Shown: positions 39,124 through 53,590 of the stretch, piece by piece
Numbering within the stretch: the first letter of the stretch is position 1
Layout of the letters: each line of letters starts with the position of its first letter
From: Octopus sinensis
Taxonomy: Eukaryota
Direction of reading: 5' to 3'
NCBI RefSeq assembly: GCF_006345805.1
Contig: NC_043008.1
Span: 41,602,001-41,666,000 of the forward strand
DNA length: 64,000 nucleotides
Program-made: the position numbers and the translations under genes
Notes under the pieces: model-generated
What the model saw: the letters and a program-made list of their open reading frames with translations, nothing else
The model's database searches: none
What the model was told of the DNA's origin: nothing

Positions 39124-40617
39124 TAAATATATATATATATAACATCATACTTTTATGTATGTAATATATTTTTTACTGAATCTTCAGATTTTAATATGCT
39201 AGACCACTGGTTTTAATTTGATATTAATCAAATTAATATTCAATGTTCCACCCTTATTAATATATATATATATATCCATCAACGTGCTTGAGCTTGTGTC
39301 ATTTTCAGATATGTTTCATGTCTGGATCTTCTATTCAGAATTTTTTATCCTTGAGTCTGTTGTTCTTCAACTCCCATGATTTACATCACGATCACAAACA
39401 CTTGCACAGCACTAGCTCTTTAGTTACATCTTTATCATTTTGATATCCATTCGTTTACAAAACTTTCGAGTATGCGAAAATATTTCTTAGTTTTTCATCA
39501 TTATATTCTGTAACTGCATTCAATTCGTTTTTTTTGTTTTTTTTTTTAGCTGTAGACCCTACAGAAAAAAAACTATTGTAGAATTATTCAAGAGTTATAA
39601 GCAAAAATAATAATGGTAATATTAAGCCAATCAGTACATATATTACAAAAAAACATGAAAATATTGTGACATTTCTGATGTTTGCAACTTTTATAAAGAT
39701 TTATACATTCTATGAGAGAGGAAAAAAGAAGTGCAAAAGAAATTATTATAATGGTGAAAATCTTTGTAATAATAATACTAATATTACTTAATGAAACGAT
39801 GTGTACTAGAAGCAATACCATTTTTCATTATTCTTACTAGTGCATTGTTGCGGTTGGTGTTGTTGTTGGTGGTGGTGGTGGTGGATGTGGTGGTTATGGT
39901 TGTTGTTGTTGTTGTTGGTGGAGGTGGTCGTGGTTGTGATGATGGTGGCAGTGTTGTTGCTGCTGTTCATTGCGATGATGGCGGCGGCGGTGGTGGTGGG
40001 GGTGATTTGTTGTTATATTTTCTACTCTTATTATTATCGTTATTCTTGTGATGTACACTTTTTTTTTTCCTTGAGAAAGTACATTTTTGTTCACCAGTGT
40101 ATTTTCATAAGATTTATTATCTGCTTTACTAGAATGCTACAGAATTTATTACAAAAAGCAGGAATTAAACTGCGGTGTTTTTATTTTCTTCTTTTACACA
40201 TACAAAAGTTCGAACTCAAGGTAAAGATGACTTCGTATAATGCATATTGGTTTACAGATTATGATTTGATGCCATGTCGCCATGTTGGCAGTAAATAAAA
40301 TATCACATGAATAAATAGAATAGATTGGTAAATAAATAAATTTACAGTTATATATGAGCTGGGAGAGCAATGTTATATATAAAAAAATCTTGGTGCAGTA
40401 ACATTCAGACAGTTTGTATATAAATTCTTCGTATCGCATTTGATTATATATGTATGTGTGCGTGTGCGTGTGTGTATATGTAAGTGTGTGTGTATGTGTG
40501 AGTGAGTGAGTGCGTGTGTGTGTGTGCGCACGAGTGAGTGTGTACGTATATGCACGCGTGTGTGTGAATGTATATATATGTAAACATAGATATATAATAT
40601 GAATATATGTATATATA

Positions 40618-40667
<50 letters not shown>

Positions 40668-40894
40668 ATATATAATTGCACGCATAAATATGTATGACTG
40701 CATCTATACATCTATTCGCACTAATAAATCAGTTTTACTTTCTTTCCATTTCTATTCCGGCAACAGAGATGATGGTGATGATGCGGATGAGGATGATAAC
40801 AACAACAACAACAACAACAACAACAATAATAATAATAATGATAATAATAATAAAAATAATAATAATAATAAAAATAATAATATAATAATAAAAA

Positions 40895-40948
<54 letters not shown>

Positions 40949-41299
40949 GACAACAACAAAATCAGCAACAACAATAACAGCAACAAAAAGTAACAACATT
41001 ATTTGCACTTAGAAAGTAATCACAGTCACAGATAAATTTTCTCGCGCACACAGGAAAGATATGAAAATATTCACACACACCAGCGCACAAATATTAAAAT
41101 ACACACATATTAGAATACATATTACACCTTTCTACAGAAGGATTCCTATAAGCTTACATATTGTATATTGTCTATTCTTTTTTTTTTTTAGAGAGAGAAT
41201 GCAGCAGAAATAAACTGTTGACTAAGCGAGCTCACTCTCTTCGTAACTCCACATAGATACGTCGTAGAATAGGTTCGCCGTCATTTTTTTCCCACCAGG

Positions 41300-42290
41300 C
41301 ATCACTGTGAAAGAGGATTGAGTTTCCAGGTTTTAACAATGTTTCTGATATCGATATATTTCGGGTAATTTGTCTAACGAAGCCTAAGGCCTTCACGAGG
41401 TACTGAAGTGTAGAAATCTGTAATATAAAACTGATTGCATATGCAGGCTGCTTCGTTCACGATGCCTCTGACCAGTTGATTACAGTAGTGCTACAATCCC
41501 ATTTGATCATTCTCATATCAATTTTACTTACATCGAGAAACGCTTAATCACAATGCCTATCTTGTTCTTAGACAATTTAGGAATAGAAAGGAATTTGGGA
41601 TCTGTTCCTTAAGCCAGGTATTAGGATGGCGCTTCGTGGGACATCTTTCTGTCTTCAGGAGAGTAGCTAACTCCTTCGTTTCTGTATTTATATCATTGTA
41701 TATTGAAATATGTTTCTTGTATGTTTGTAAGCAGTCTTTTGTGTGTGCTCTATTTGATATACGGTTCTTGACAATTTTGGGGTTGATTCAATAGAAAACT
41801 TTAAACTGTCACGTGGCACATCACGTGGAAAACTAAATAACCCCCTAGTTTACAATTTTTCGTCGACGAAAGAAATTGTAAACTAGGGGATTATTTAGTT
41901 TTCCACGTGATGTGCCACGTGACAGTTTAAAGTTTTCTATTGAATCAACCCCAAAATTGTCAAGAACCTTTATCTACGGAGGAGATTTCTATGATTTGAA
42001 ACCGAATTTGTCTGCAAATAAGCTGAAGGTCGGATTTTCGAAACGTACGCTTTCTAGTACATGTATTGTAGCAAACATTCCATTTCTCCATATACCAGGG
42101 CCCCCAATAATTCCAGGTATAAACCTGAAGAGTAACTGCAGATTTCTCTCTAGTTCAGCACAGGTATTCTCTGTTTCACTGATCTTCTGCTTTATGTTAA
42201 CATCCACTGTGTAGTTAAATTCCACAACTGGACACAGTTTCTCTTCTTTATCACAAATCATTATTTCAGGTCTATGGTGCTTGCATTTTA
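41300..42290 (-). mobile_element. RLE-type LINE C-terminal relic, interrupted by a palindrome
   Basis: KCKHHRPEIMICDKEEKLCPVVEF..VDVNIKQKISE.EN..AEL.RNLQLL.FRFIPGIIGG resembles the restriction-like endonuclease motif (RPD...E...P.D...K) at 42030-42290. The lower boundary is uncertain. Confidence 0.65.
41763..41968. repeat. 206-bp near-perfect loopless palindrome
   Basis: Arms meet at TTCGTC|GACGAA (centre 41864/41865). I see only one substitution and a 2-nt indel between the arms. Confidence 0.95.
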
Positions 42291-42971
42291 TGTATGTATG
42301 TTTGTATGTATGTATGTATGTATGTATGTATGTATGTATGTATGTATGTATGTATATAAGTATATATGGTTGGGACCGTTGGCGACAGTAGTCTTGGTAA
42401 CTGATGATTCTGTAGAAATTAACTGATGCTTCGAAAATCGTAGTTGAATTGAAGGTGTCTGTATTGTTATCAATATCTACATCGCTTACTTTTGTTGCTC
42501 TCCTTTTCGTCTGAAACGTCTAGGGAAGCCAAAGAGATTACATACGAATGTTATATCACTTGAATGTCTTGTCTAGAGATCACAGAGAGATCGCCTGACC
42601 AAACAAGTATGGATTTTGAAACACGAAACATGAAATATAGATATAAATGAGGGAGATTAACGGTTTCAGAAGAGATGCACGTTAAACGACTGGAGATAAA
42701 AAGAAAGTTGACAAAATAATTCTTCTCATTTTAATCAAAATCAATAGACTCTAATTGAAATTAGCGTGGACATAATCCAAACAAGTGATCCGTTAAGTGG
42801 TCGCTTTGCCGAATTGTAAAACAATATGAATTTATCTTGTATGACAAGCTAAGCTCTCAAATAAAGTATACATGGCCTAATAAATGTTCTACGTACATAA
42901 CTAAAGAACGGTGATGGATGGAATATGTTAAATTATAGATATAGACACAAGAGAAAACTACAAACGTAGTT

Positions 42972-43148
42972 TATTTACATTATTTACATTATTTACACTC
43001 GACGGATATTTGTCGTCATCTTGTTTGTTGTTAATACAACGTTTCGGCTGATATACCATCCAACTTTTTTCAGGTGTCTTGGGGAAATTTCGAACCTAGG
43101 TTCTCATTCCTAAGGTATTTTTTGATATTATCATCATCATCATCATCA

Positions 43149-43197
<49 letters not shown>

Positions 43198-43473
43198 CAT
43201 CATCATCATCGTCATTATTACGATGGACATTATTATTATTATTATTGTTCAGGTCACTGCTTGGAATCGAATTCGCAATCTTGTGGTTAATTGCCCGCGC
43301 TCTTAACCACTACGCCATATGCCCGCGGGCATATGTCGTAGTGGTAATTTCCCCAAGACACCTGAAGAAGGTTGGAGAGTATATCAGCCGAAACATGTTA
43401 ACAACAAACAAGATGAGGACAAATATACGTCGAATGTAAATAACGTACATAATTCCACATCTCTTAAATATAG
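42972..43473. mobile_element. Head-to-head pair of a tRNA-headed repeat with a hammerhead-like tail
   Basis: Minus copy runs 43325 to ~42975 and an internally deleted plus copy runs 43326 to ~43450. They are fused at the palindrome CATATGCCCG|CGGGCATATG and flanked by the 16-bp direct repeat AACTACAAACGTAGTT (42956-42971 and 43474-43489). Confidence 0.8.
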
Positions 43474-44105
43474 AACTACAAACGTAGTTATTTAGCTTAC
43501 CTATACAATATTTTCCAATACTAATGCTTATTATTGTTACCAAAATATTGAACACCATTGCACATACGTTATTAGCTGGGTCTTACGTTATTCACGATAA
43601 CCATCGCCTTGTTAGAGATTATAGATTGTACCTGAAACTTTAAGAGGGTAGTGTGTGCGGTTGTCTCTGACAAATTTCGTTTGAAAATATAAGAGGATAG
43701 CCATAGATGCAAAGCTACAAATTTTAAGTGTGTACGAGCAGGGTTAAACAACAAGTCTTGATATTGAACAACGTGGAAGATATAATCAAATCATTTTAAG
43801 AATTAATGAAATACTGCCATATAAAGTTATTATATCAATCTTATATATTGCTACATTAATAATAATCAGGGGAAAAATTATTTGCAGATATTTTCAAAAT
43901 TTACTCGAAGTTTATTGATTTTTGCAGTTGTTTGAAAATTGAAAAAAAATATCAACTTATTGCCATTATTATTAATAATACTATGCTGTTTGTTTAGGCT
44001 TGTTTTACTTCCCATAACAATTAACTATTAATGCCGCTGGTATATCATCGCTAATATTCCTCATGCAATTTGCTACTCAATATATTAAGACTACAGACAC
44101 ACACG

Positions 44106-44141
<36 letters not shown>

Positions 44142-44742
44142 TAAATATGTTACATAAACTATACATAGTAATAAAAGTATATAGCAGAATATTTATTGCA
44201 TGTTTCTAATATAAGACAGTTTCATACACACACACACCAACAATTACATACATACATACATACATACATACGTACATACATACATATATACATACATACA
44301 TACATACATACATACATACATGCATGCATACATACATACATAGAGAACGGAGTGTATTGATAGATAGACATGTAGATAGAAAGGCAGAGAGTAAAAGATA
44401 GAAATGCATTTACATATATACATCTTTGCACGCACACACACACACACACGCATTTACACACACACACTGAAGCATTTACACACACACACACATGGTTTAT
44501 ATATTTTGGTATTATATATTTTGGTAATGTTAACTCTGTGTGTGTGTGTGTGTATCTGTGTGCGTGTGTGTGTGTATGTGTTTAATATTTATGCTACCTT
44601 TCAAATAGGTTTTCACAATATCAGAAATGACGGAATTTATAGAAATAACCAGATAGGTCTGGCGACAGTGGAGGTAGTCGATGTGGTGGGTATGTTGGAG
44701 GCGCTATGGTTGCTTTTCCTCATAATAATGACGCGGCTGTTC

Positions 44743-44774
<32 letters not shown>

Positions 44775-45624
44775 GACTACCACCACGACGATGGAAGCAG
44801 TTTGAGGAGGGAGATGGAAGAAGCGGATAACTTTGATCGGATTAATTATTATTGTCAATAGCATGAAGCTTTCCATTAGAAATCACTATCATTATTAATG
44901 TCTCCATTCTCATCATCATCATCATCCTAATTATTACATTAATTACGATTATTATAGTGTTACTAATTATCATATTGAGTTTGATTTTGCAATTTCGTGT
45001 GCGATAATTGTTTCGATGGTAACGATGATGATGATGATGATGGTTGTGGTGGTGGTGGTGGTGGTTTTGATGATGATGATGATGATTACTACGACGGCGG
45101 CGATGACGGTGGCGGTGGCGGCGGTGGCAGTGGTAGTGGTAGTGGTTTTGGTGGTGGTGGTGGTGGTGGTGGTAGTGGTGCTGGTGGTGGTGGTGGTGGT
45201 GGTGGGGAAGGAGGAGCTGGTGTCGACGACAACGATGATAAAGGAAATACTATTGTGGAATATATTATCGTTTACCATTGTTTTAGTAACTACCTGTTGG
45301 TAGTCTTGGTAATCCTGAAAATGTCTCTTTCTTCTTTTTGTGTTTTTGTTTTTTTTTTGTTTTTTGTTTTTTTTTTATATTTTGTTTCTTTTTTGTTGAA
45401 CAGATTTTGTAGTTTTGGAAAAAGAGGAAATTGCAGAAAGTGTAAAACAGGGAAAATGTGAAATGCAAAGTTGACCTAGGGCGAACTTGATCATACAACA
45501 CCTCGATGAATGCCGCATGGAAACCTATGCTTCGCTCTTACCAATCCACCAATTCGCTAAGTATAAACATAAAAGATTACATAACATGTGGATACAATGA
45601 CGACGATTTCCACCTTTAACTGGC

Positions 45625-46165
45625 ACCGTGTCAGTTACGACGAAGAGGGTGCCAGCTGATCCGATCAACGGAACAGCTTGCTTCTTAAATTAACGTGCAT
45701 GTGGCTGAGCACTCCACTACCACGCGTACCCTTAACGTAATTCTCAGGGAGATTCAACATGACTCATAATGTGACAATGTGATAAAGACAGAATGTTATA
45801 AAGGCACACAGTTGGCAGAGTCGTTAGCACACCGGGCGAAATGCGTAGCCGTATTTCGTCTGCCGTTATGTTCTGAGTTTAAATTCCGCCGAGGTCGACT
45901 TTGCCTTTCATCCTTTCGGGGTCGATAAATAAAGTATCAGTTACACAATGGGGTCGATGTAATCGATTTAACCCGTTTGTCTGTCATTGTTTGTCCCCTC
46001 TATGTTTAGCTCCTTGTGGGCAATAAAGAAATAAGAATGTGACAATGCCGGCCCTTTGAAATACAGGTACTAGTCATTTTTGTCAGCTGAACGAACTGGA
46101 GCAGCGTGAAATAAAGTGTCTTGCTCAAAGACACAGTGCGTCGCTGGGAATTGAACTCACGACCT
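45625..46165 (-). mobile_element. SINE-D (head Y plus tail Z), interrupted by SINE-A
   Basis: Reverse complement of the 56059-56389 family, split at AATGTGACAATG. Confidence 0.8.
45780..46035 (+). mobile_element. SINE-A tail-2 copy nested in SINE-D
   Basis: 12-bp TSD AATGTGACAATG at 45768-45779 and 46036-46047; tail TATGTTTAGCTCCTTGTGGGCAATAAAGAAAT. Confidence 0.88.
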
Positions 46166-47919
46166 GTTATGCATGGATTCCTTTCAGTATATTACTATAA
46201 ATTCACCTGGCTTTCTCTGTCATTAATTTGCAATCCATTTTTAGGTGATATCCATGTTTGTAGGAATGGATTTAATGGTAAGCATGTCTTTTATTTCGTT
46301 GTATATCTATAGCACCTTTGTATTATATGCTGTCTGTGTTTGTTTTTTTAGTTTGTTTGGGGTTTTTTAACCAATAGTCTATAAAGACAAGCTAGCTTCT
46401 TGACTGGACTCAAATGCCTTCTGTACTTCTGGCTGATGAGATACAAGTTGAAATAGCTGTGGCCCAGAATCCTCAATGCTAACGATAACGTCGAACACAC
46501 TTCCATTATAAAAGAAGAGTTGTTTTATCCTCCTTAGATGTAAACTACAGCGACTAACATATTTAGATTTTGGTCTGAACCTGCCAAGAAGTATTAAGAA
46601 CAAATATGCAGATATTCTTTAGCAACTGTGTGATATTTGATAGAATTCGAATGGAAGCATACTCAACAGTTGCAAAGCGTCCCGATCGCCTGCTCATAAT
46701 GTTTACGTAAGTATTGCTGCTGTTTTGATTCAGGTTAGTCAAAACTATGATGAAAGGAGTTCCTGCCTAGATCACCGTAAGCATCGTTTATCTAATAAGA
46801 TATTAAATTTCTTCTGTGTTGCTAGTGTCTGGTTTCATTGCTATCATGGACTCAACCAAACAACTATGGATTTATTAACCAGCATTGTGTTACGATGGTT
46901 GTAAACAAATACATCTATCCAGTATATCTGTGTATAGAAAAGAGGGAACAACTGATGATTCCGATCAGAAACTGTTATTATCCGCAAACATATTGTGTAA
47001 TTGCATCGTTTACACTTGTAAGACGCAGTGATGGCTAATAAATTCATATGTATGCTCCATAGATCATTCTACAACTGAGACATATTGTCCAAAATACACT
47101 CAACTGTATTGTTTGAAAACTACTGGCTGTAATTTAAGAAAAAAAATCAGTCTAGAGTTAATAGTTTCTGCTAGGTTCATCAAAGAATAACTTGCATCGT
47201 CATCAGAAGGAAATAGGTCACAACTACACCCAGAATAATAATCACTTTCTAAGATTACAAACTCATTGTTGTCCAAATTCAAGTATTGTGCTGGTTTTCA
47301 GAATTAAACCAATTTAATTTTCATATAGGTTTTTAGGGATTTTGTTCTTTCTAATTTGAAATTTGCTCACTTGCGAAGGTTTCATACGCCCACGCGTACA
47401 TATTCCCTTAATGGATAGAATGGATAGTAGGAGTAGACATACTTGATTTGGTAGTCATGGTGAGAGACTGGGTGATGTTGATATTGATAATGACGATTAT
47501 AATAAGGAGGAGGAAGGGGAAGATGATGCAGATGGGGAGGAGGACGGTGGAGAAGGTGTTTGTTATTTTTGTCATAAGAAGAAATTGCTCGTTTTCTTAC
47601 TTGTCCCAGTAAGAAGTTTGATGGCGGTGGTTGCCAGGCGGATGATGGTAGTAGTAGCAGTGGTGTTTGTCACGTTCGCTGTTATTATTGTAATTGTCAA
47701 TGCTTCTTGGAAAATGATTTTCTTTGATGTATTCTAACTCAGCTAATTCCTTGTGATGCTAATTGAAAATATAGGTAAGTCTTCACGACATACATCTACA
47801 CACATACACACTATCTTTCACTCTCCCTTTCTTTCTTTCTTTCTTTCTTTCTTTCTCTCACACACACAAGCATATGTATATATGTATGAAGTCATATGCG
47901 TATGTATAAGTATATGTCT

Positions 47920-47979
<60 letters not shown>

Positions 47980-48662
47980 AGAACACATGTGTGTGTGTGT
48001 GTGTACGTGTGTGTGCCTGCGTTAGTGTGCATGTATATCTGCACGAATGCGGTCCTTCGTGTATGTAATTAAATACTTGATTTACCTAGGCATATTTTCC
48101 TCAAATGTACGCAGTACATTTGTGTTTTGATTCTTACACACACTCACATATATAGGTATACATTGAAATATGCGTGTCTGTCTGTCTTTTATGTGCAGGT
48201 GTGCGTGCATGCATATGTTTCATGTAAATATGTTGTCGTACACAACGAGAGAAATACTTCTCGTATATGTGTGAAGAAAATAATGTGTGTTAAACTTAAA
48301 ATCTGTATAGTGTATATAATTCAAAACTACCCATACACAGGAAGGCACATATATGTGTGTGTGTGCCCGTTTTATAGAATAGAAGGAGCAATAAATGAAA
48401 CAAAGCCATCTGTGTATAGTTTGTTAATTTAAATACCCTATTGAAAGGCAATCTGCTGCGGTATTCGTTCAGATATAACACCTCTTTTTAACGTACTGCG
48501 TTTAAAAATGCAATATAAATATCGAAGGGAGACGACACGAGAACGATTGTCACCTCCCGTGTATACACACACACAGACACACTCCTACATATATGTCAAT
48601 CTATCTTTATCTATCCACGTGCGCTCGCGTGTGTACAGACAGACAATTGACTAGATAGATAA

Positions 48663-48708
<46 letters not shown>

Positions 48709-49026
48709 CTCCTCAAATATACTTCTATCAGTATTATTTATCGATCATTAAATGGCGAAAGATGAAGTTGACCTCCACAGTATTTGAACTCGGATCTCAT
48801 AGAGCCAGAATGAATAATGCAAAACATTCTAACCGACAATCTAGCAACCCTGCCACCTTACCATTTTCATTGCCAACAGAAAATATTTTCTACCAACAGA
48901 CATCTTGGTCATTTATGTGTGCAACGAGCATCTACTGAATCCATCTGTTCCATATTGATAACATGTTTTACGAAAAATCAAAAATATCTAGAAAAGTGTA
49001 GAATCGATATAATCTGGATGGGATAT

Positions 49027-49411
49027 GGAAGCACTCCGTCGGTTACGACGATGAGGGTTCCGGTTGATCCGAATCAACGGAACAGCCTGCTCGTGAAATT
49101 AACGTGTAAGTGGCTGAGCGCTCCACAGACACGTGCACCCTTAACGTAGTTCTCGGGGATATTCAGCGTGACACAGAGAGTGACAAGGCCGGTCCCTTGA
49201 AATACAGGTACAACAGAAACAGGAAGTAAGAGTGAGAGAAAGTTGTGGTGAAAGAGTACAGCAGGGATCACCACCATCCCCTGCCGGAGCGTCGTGGAGC
49301 TTTTAGGTGTTTTCGCTCAATAAACACTCACAACGCCCGGTCTGGGAATCGAAACCGCGATCCTATGACCGCGAGTCCGCTGCCCTAACCACTGGGCCAT
49401 TGCGCCTCCAC
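49027..49411 (-). mobile_element. SINE-C (head X plus tail Z), full copy
   Basis: Head GGAGGCGCAATGGCCCAGTGGTTAGG...GGTTTCGATTCCC; the tail is the same family as the 3' half of the 56059 copy. Confidence 0.9.
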
Positions 49412-51544
49412 TGATATAATCTACTTCATTACTCAGCAGGTATTTCACCCGAACAAGGTCAACTTCGTAAAACACGGAGATATGAAAGTAAATAATTTGA
49501 AGCATTTGGTCCTATTTTATAAAAGATCTTTGTACTTTTGCCAAATTTTGTCACTACAACAGCTACAATAATGATAATATTAAATAACCAGTTGTCACCT
49601 AGATTTCCACAATATACTGTTTGTTAATTATCCCACTTACCTAGTTTAGTACAGACTTAAAATTGCTGGAAATTACTTTCATGTGTTCTGATCATAGAAG
49701 AATAAAATAATCACCAAGAACTAATCTTCTTTTTGCGCTTTATGACGTACATCTCTCTCATAAACATAGCTGCAAGTGTGTCTGTCTGCCAATCTTTCCT
49801 TCTCTCTGCTTGTTTGTAACAGAGAGAGAGAGAGAGAGAGTGGTCTCTCAGCACATTAATGCCAATATTCCTAAATAGAAACAATATAACGTTAAAGAGA
49901 ATAAGCACCGAAAACTTATTGGGTTTCAAACATCCGATTGATGTCAATATTGATTATATTCACACATAGTTTAACAGAAAACAAGACAATAATTGTGACA
50001 CAATTTCAGTTACCATGTATGTGTGCGTGTGTGTGTGTACATGTGTGTGTGTATGCATGTATGTATATGTAAACAGAAACACACATACACACACACACAT
50101 ATATATACACACATGTATATGTATATTTATATATGTGGCTGTATATGGTGGTATTCGATGCACACACTAACACACTTGATTTATATATATATATATATAT
50201 GTGTGGTGTGTGTGTGTGTGTTTTCGTGCGTGTTTTGTGTGTGTGTGCATATATATATATATATATACATACATATGTATAAATATATATATATATATAC
50301 ATATATGTATGCATATATATACATGCATACATATATACATATATATATACATATACACATAAGAAATATATATGTATAGGTATGTGTATGTGTGACAGAG
50401 TTTGTGTGTGTGTGTGTGCGTTTGTGTGTGTGTGTGTGTGTGTGTGTGCGTATGTGAGCGCGTGCGTAAGTGAGTTAGTGAGAGAGAGATAATTGATTTG
50501 TTGTTTAAAAAAAAAGCAGAAACAAAAAATTCCGAATATTTCCCAAAAGATTCTCTGCGTTTTCATGTATCAGCTCAATTTCTAATTTTGTTTAGTTATT
50601 TGTCTCTGCCAATTGAAATTTATTTACATTGTGAAAAGGCCTTAGTGTAAGTGATTCTTAATTGAAAATAAATGTTCACTTTGTCTACACACTTTAGAAG
50701 TGATAGTTAGTTCTGGCTTTCCAGTGGTGTCGATAAACCCTTGATGGATTTGTGCCAGGTTCTTATAAAATTTACCTATCGCCTCTTTATTCGTCATAGC
50801 AAAGAACCTTACGAGCAAGTCTGCTACTGACAATAATATGAAATTTTCAATCCCTTTACCTACCAAATAAGGTAGGAATTAGCATAGGAGTACTGTAGTC
50901 TACCACTAAATAGCTTGTACATCAAATGAATCCATCTATACATCTTAATTAATATGTTAATTACAAGTAAAAGATGCTAAAAACAACTTTTGAAAAATAT
51001 CATTTTTTTCCTTTTTTGTGCAATCACAAATTAAGATGTTAGACAGGAAAGATCACATGAGTCATCAGATATCCCAGGAATAACAAGTATCCACTTCGTC
51101 TTTCTAGCTGATTGCAAGAGCATTCTTTAAATATATCTCTATATAAAACTTGTCTAATGGAAACAATAAGTAATCACAAATCAAAAGTCATCATTCGTGT
51201 ATATTTGTATGCTTGCTACTGTCATTGGAATGCGGCTATGCTGGTGCACCAACTTTAGTAAATCAAATCAACCCAATATTTATTTTCTTTACTTTTGAAG
51301 TTCGACCCTTCCAATATGTCTCTTTTAGCATAATTCAAATACAAAAGTTCTCTTACGTGAGTTCTACAAACCTTAATGGTGTAGATTTTCGTGGAGATGC
51401 AAATTAGGGGAGGTTTAAAAGATATTAAGTTTGAACAAATATCCAGCACACAGAATTGTAAACGGGGTCGATGTAATTGACTTAAACCCTTTGCCCAAAT
51501 TTGAGGCCTTATGCTTCCGGTAGAAAGGATTATTTTTACAGACT

Positions 51545-51765
51545 TTAAGGCGGTGAGCTGGCGGAATCATTAGCAGGCTGGGCAAAATGCTTAGAGACAT
51601 TTAGTCCACGTTCACGTTCTGAGTTCAAATTCCACCGAGGTTAACCTTGCAACCTTTCGATGTCTATAAAATAAATAAACACCAGATCCGCACTGGGGAC
51701 GATGTAAATGACTAGGCACCGCCCTCAAAAGTCCAGGCCTTGTGCTTACAGCAGAAATAATTATT
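51545..51765 (+). mobile_element. Degenerate SINE-A tail-1 copy, preceded by another 3' half at about 51440-51535
   Basis: Head, B box and tail are recognisable. Confidence 0.7.
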
Positions 51766-52430
51766 TCATACTTCATTATATATATCATTATTATTAAGCA
51801 GGGAATTATAATTTCAAATCCTATGGAAGGCGACTTATGAAGAACTACTTATGTACTGAGGTCGATTGCTTCGAGTAACATTCCCCTTTCAGATTTGCTT
51901 TCTTTGTGCCAAAATCACAAACCATTATTAATCATTATGCTTTCTTGTTAACGACTTAGCATATCATAGTGAAGAGTTAACGCAATCCAAATACCAAAAT
52001 AAGCTTGAAGTGAGAAATGACTACAGAATATCTCTGAACTATATTTTTAATCTGTAATGAAGTTATGAAAATTATTATCATTTCTAGCTATTTCACAGAA
52101 GAATGTCTGAGTGGTATAGTTTTTTTCAACATCTGAAAAGTACAGCAGAGAAAATTATATTTAGCAGGACATACATCCAAAGATGTATGAGAACACGAAC
52201 CGTATTTAAATAGTTCATCGAGGATTCATATTTCAACATAATTGCTGCTCTGTATTCTCGAAACTCGTAATTAAATCTTAAACTAATGTATGCAATATTA
52301 TTATTGGTGAGCTCATATAAGTATGTGAGCGCTCGTGTGTGTATGAAGAGAGAGAGACAGAGAGAGAGAGAAAGTAAGTGAGAGATAGACAGTGGGATAC
52401 AAAGAGAAATTGATAGCTAGATAGAGGAAT

Positions 52431-52515
<85 letters not shown>

Positions 52516-53167
52516 TAGATAGATAGATAGATGCACACATATGTATATATACACATATATTTATATGTATTTATACATACACATATATATATATATAGGT
52601 ATATATATATATTATATATATATATATTATATATATATATATATGCACATATATGTCAGTAGTGTATGTGTGTGTGTGTGTGCACATAAAGGTGGAAATA
52701 TAAACACACACACACATATATACATACATGCACATACATATCTATCTATATATATATATATTTATATATATGTATGTATGTATGTATAAATAATCAAATC
52801 GAAACTACAGTGAGGTTATTAATAACATTACAATAGATTTACTGTAAAATGGCAACATTCCATTTTTTTTTTCGTAATGGCACCACACCTTATTAGATTA
52901 AGGTAATTTTCAAGTGACCTAAGAGAACGCGAATTAACAACGTCCTCAATTACTCACTCTCGCTAAACTATGAAAATATGATTTTACCGTTGCAAAGGAC
53001 ATTCGCCGTCTGTTACACTTAGAAGTTTTTTGTCTGTTTCGCTCAAGTCAAGTAACCAAGAAGAGTCAGACTATATGATACACGCAATGTCTCACACATT
53101 CACGCACGCACATACTACACTTACATATACGCAGAGACAGATATATATATATGTATATGTGTATATA

Positions 53168-53392
53168 TATTCTTTTATTCTTTTATTGTTTCAGTCATTT
53201 GACTGCGGCCATGCTGGAACACCATCTTTATTCGAGCAAATCGACCCAGGACTTCTTCTTTGTAAGCCTAGTACTTATTCTATCGGTCTCTTTTGCCGAA
53301 CCGCTAAGTTACAGGGACATAAATAAACCAACATCGGTTATGAAGCGAATTTGGGGAGACGGATATTCACACAGATACATACAAACATACAA

Positions 53393-53444
<52 letters not shown>

Positions 53445-53590
53445 GGTGGGCTTCTCTCAGTTTCCGTCTACCAAATCCACTCACAAGGCCTTGGTCGGCC
53501 CAAGGCTAAAGTAGAAGAAACTTGCCCAAGGCGCCGCGTAGTGGGACTGAACGCGGAGCCATGTGGTTGGGAAGCAATCTACATACCACA
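53168..53590 (-). mobile_element. SINE-B copy
   Basis: Reverse complement of the family consensus. Confidence 0.85.

Noticed and set aside
45790-45806. AGAATGTTATAAAG before the SINE head resembling the 16616 TSD, suggesting a second target motif
   Set aside because: The SINE-A 5' consensus itself begins about TAAAGGC and the sequence is AT-rich; two cases cannot be distinguished from chance.
50642-50866. 74-aa minus-strand ORF with protein-like composition
   Set aside because: Both strands give short plausible frames and neither matches a family I recognise.
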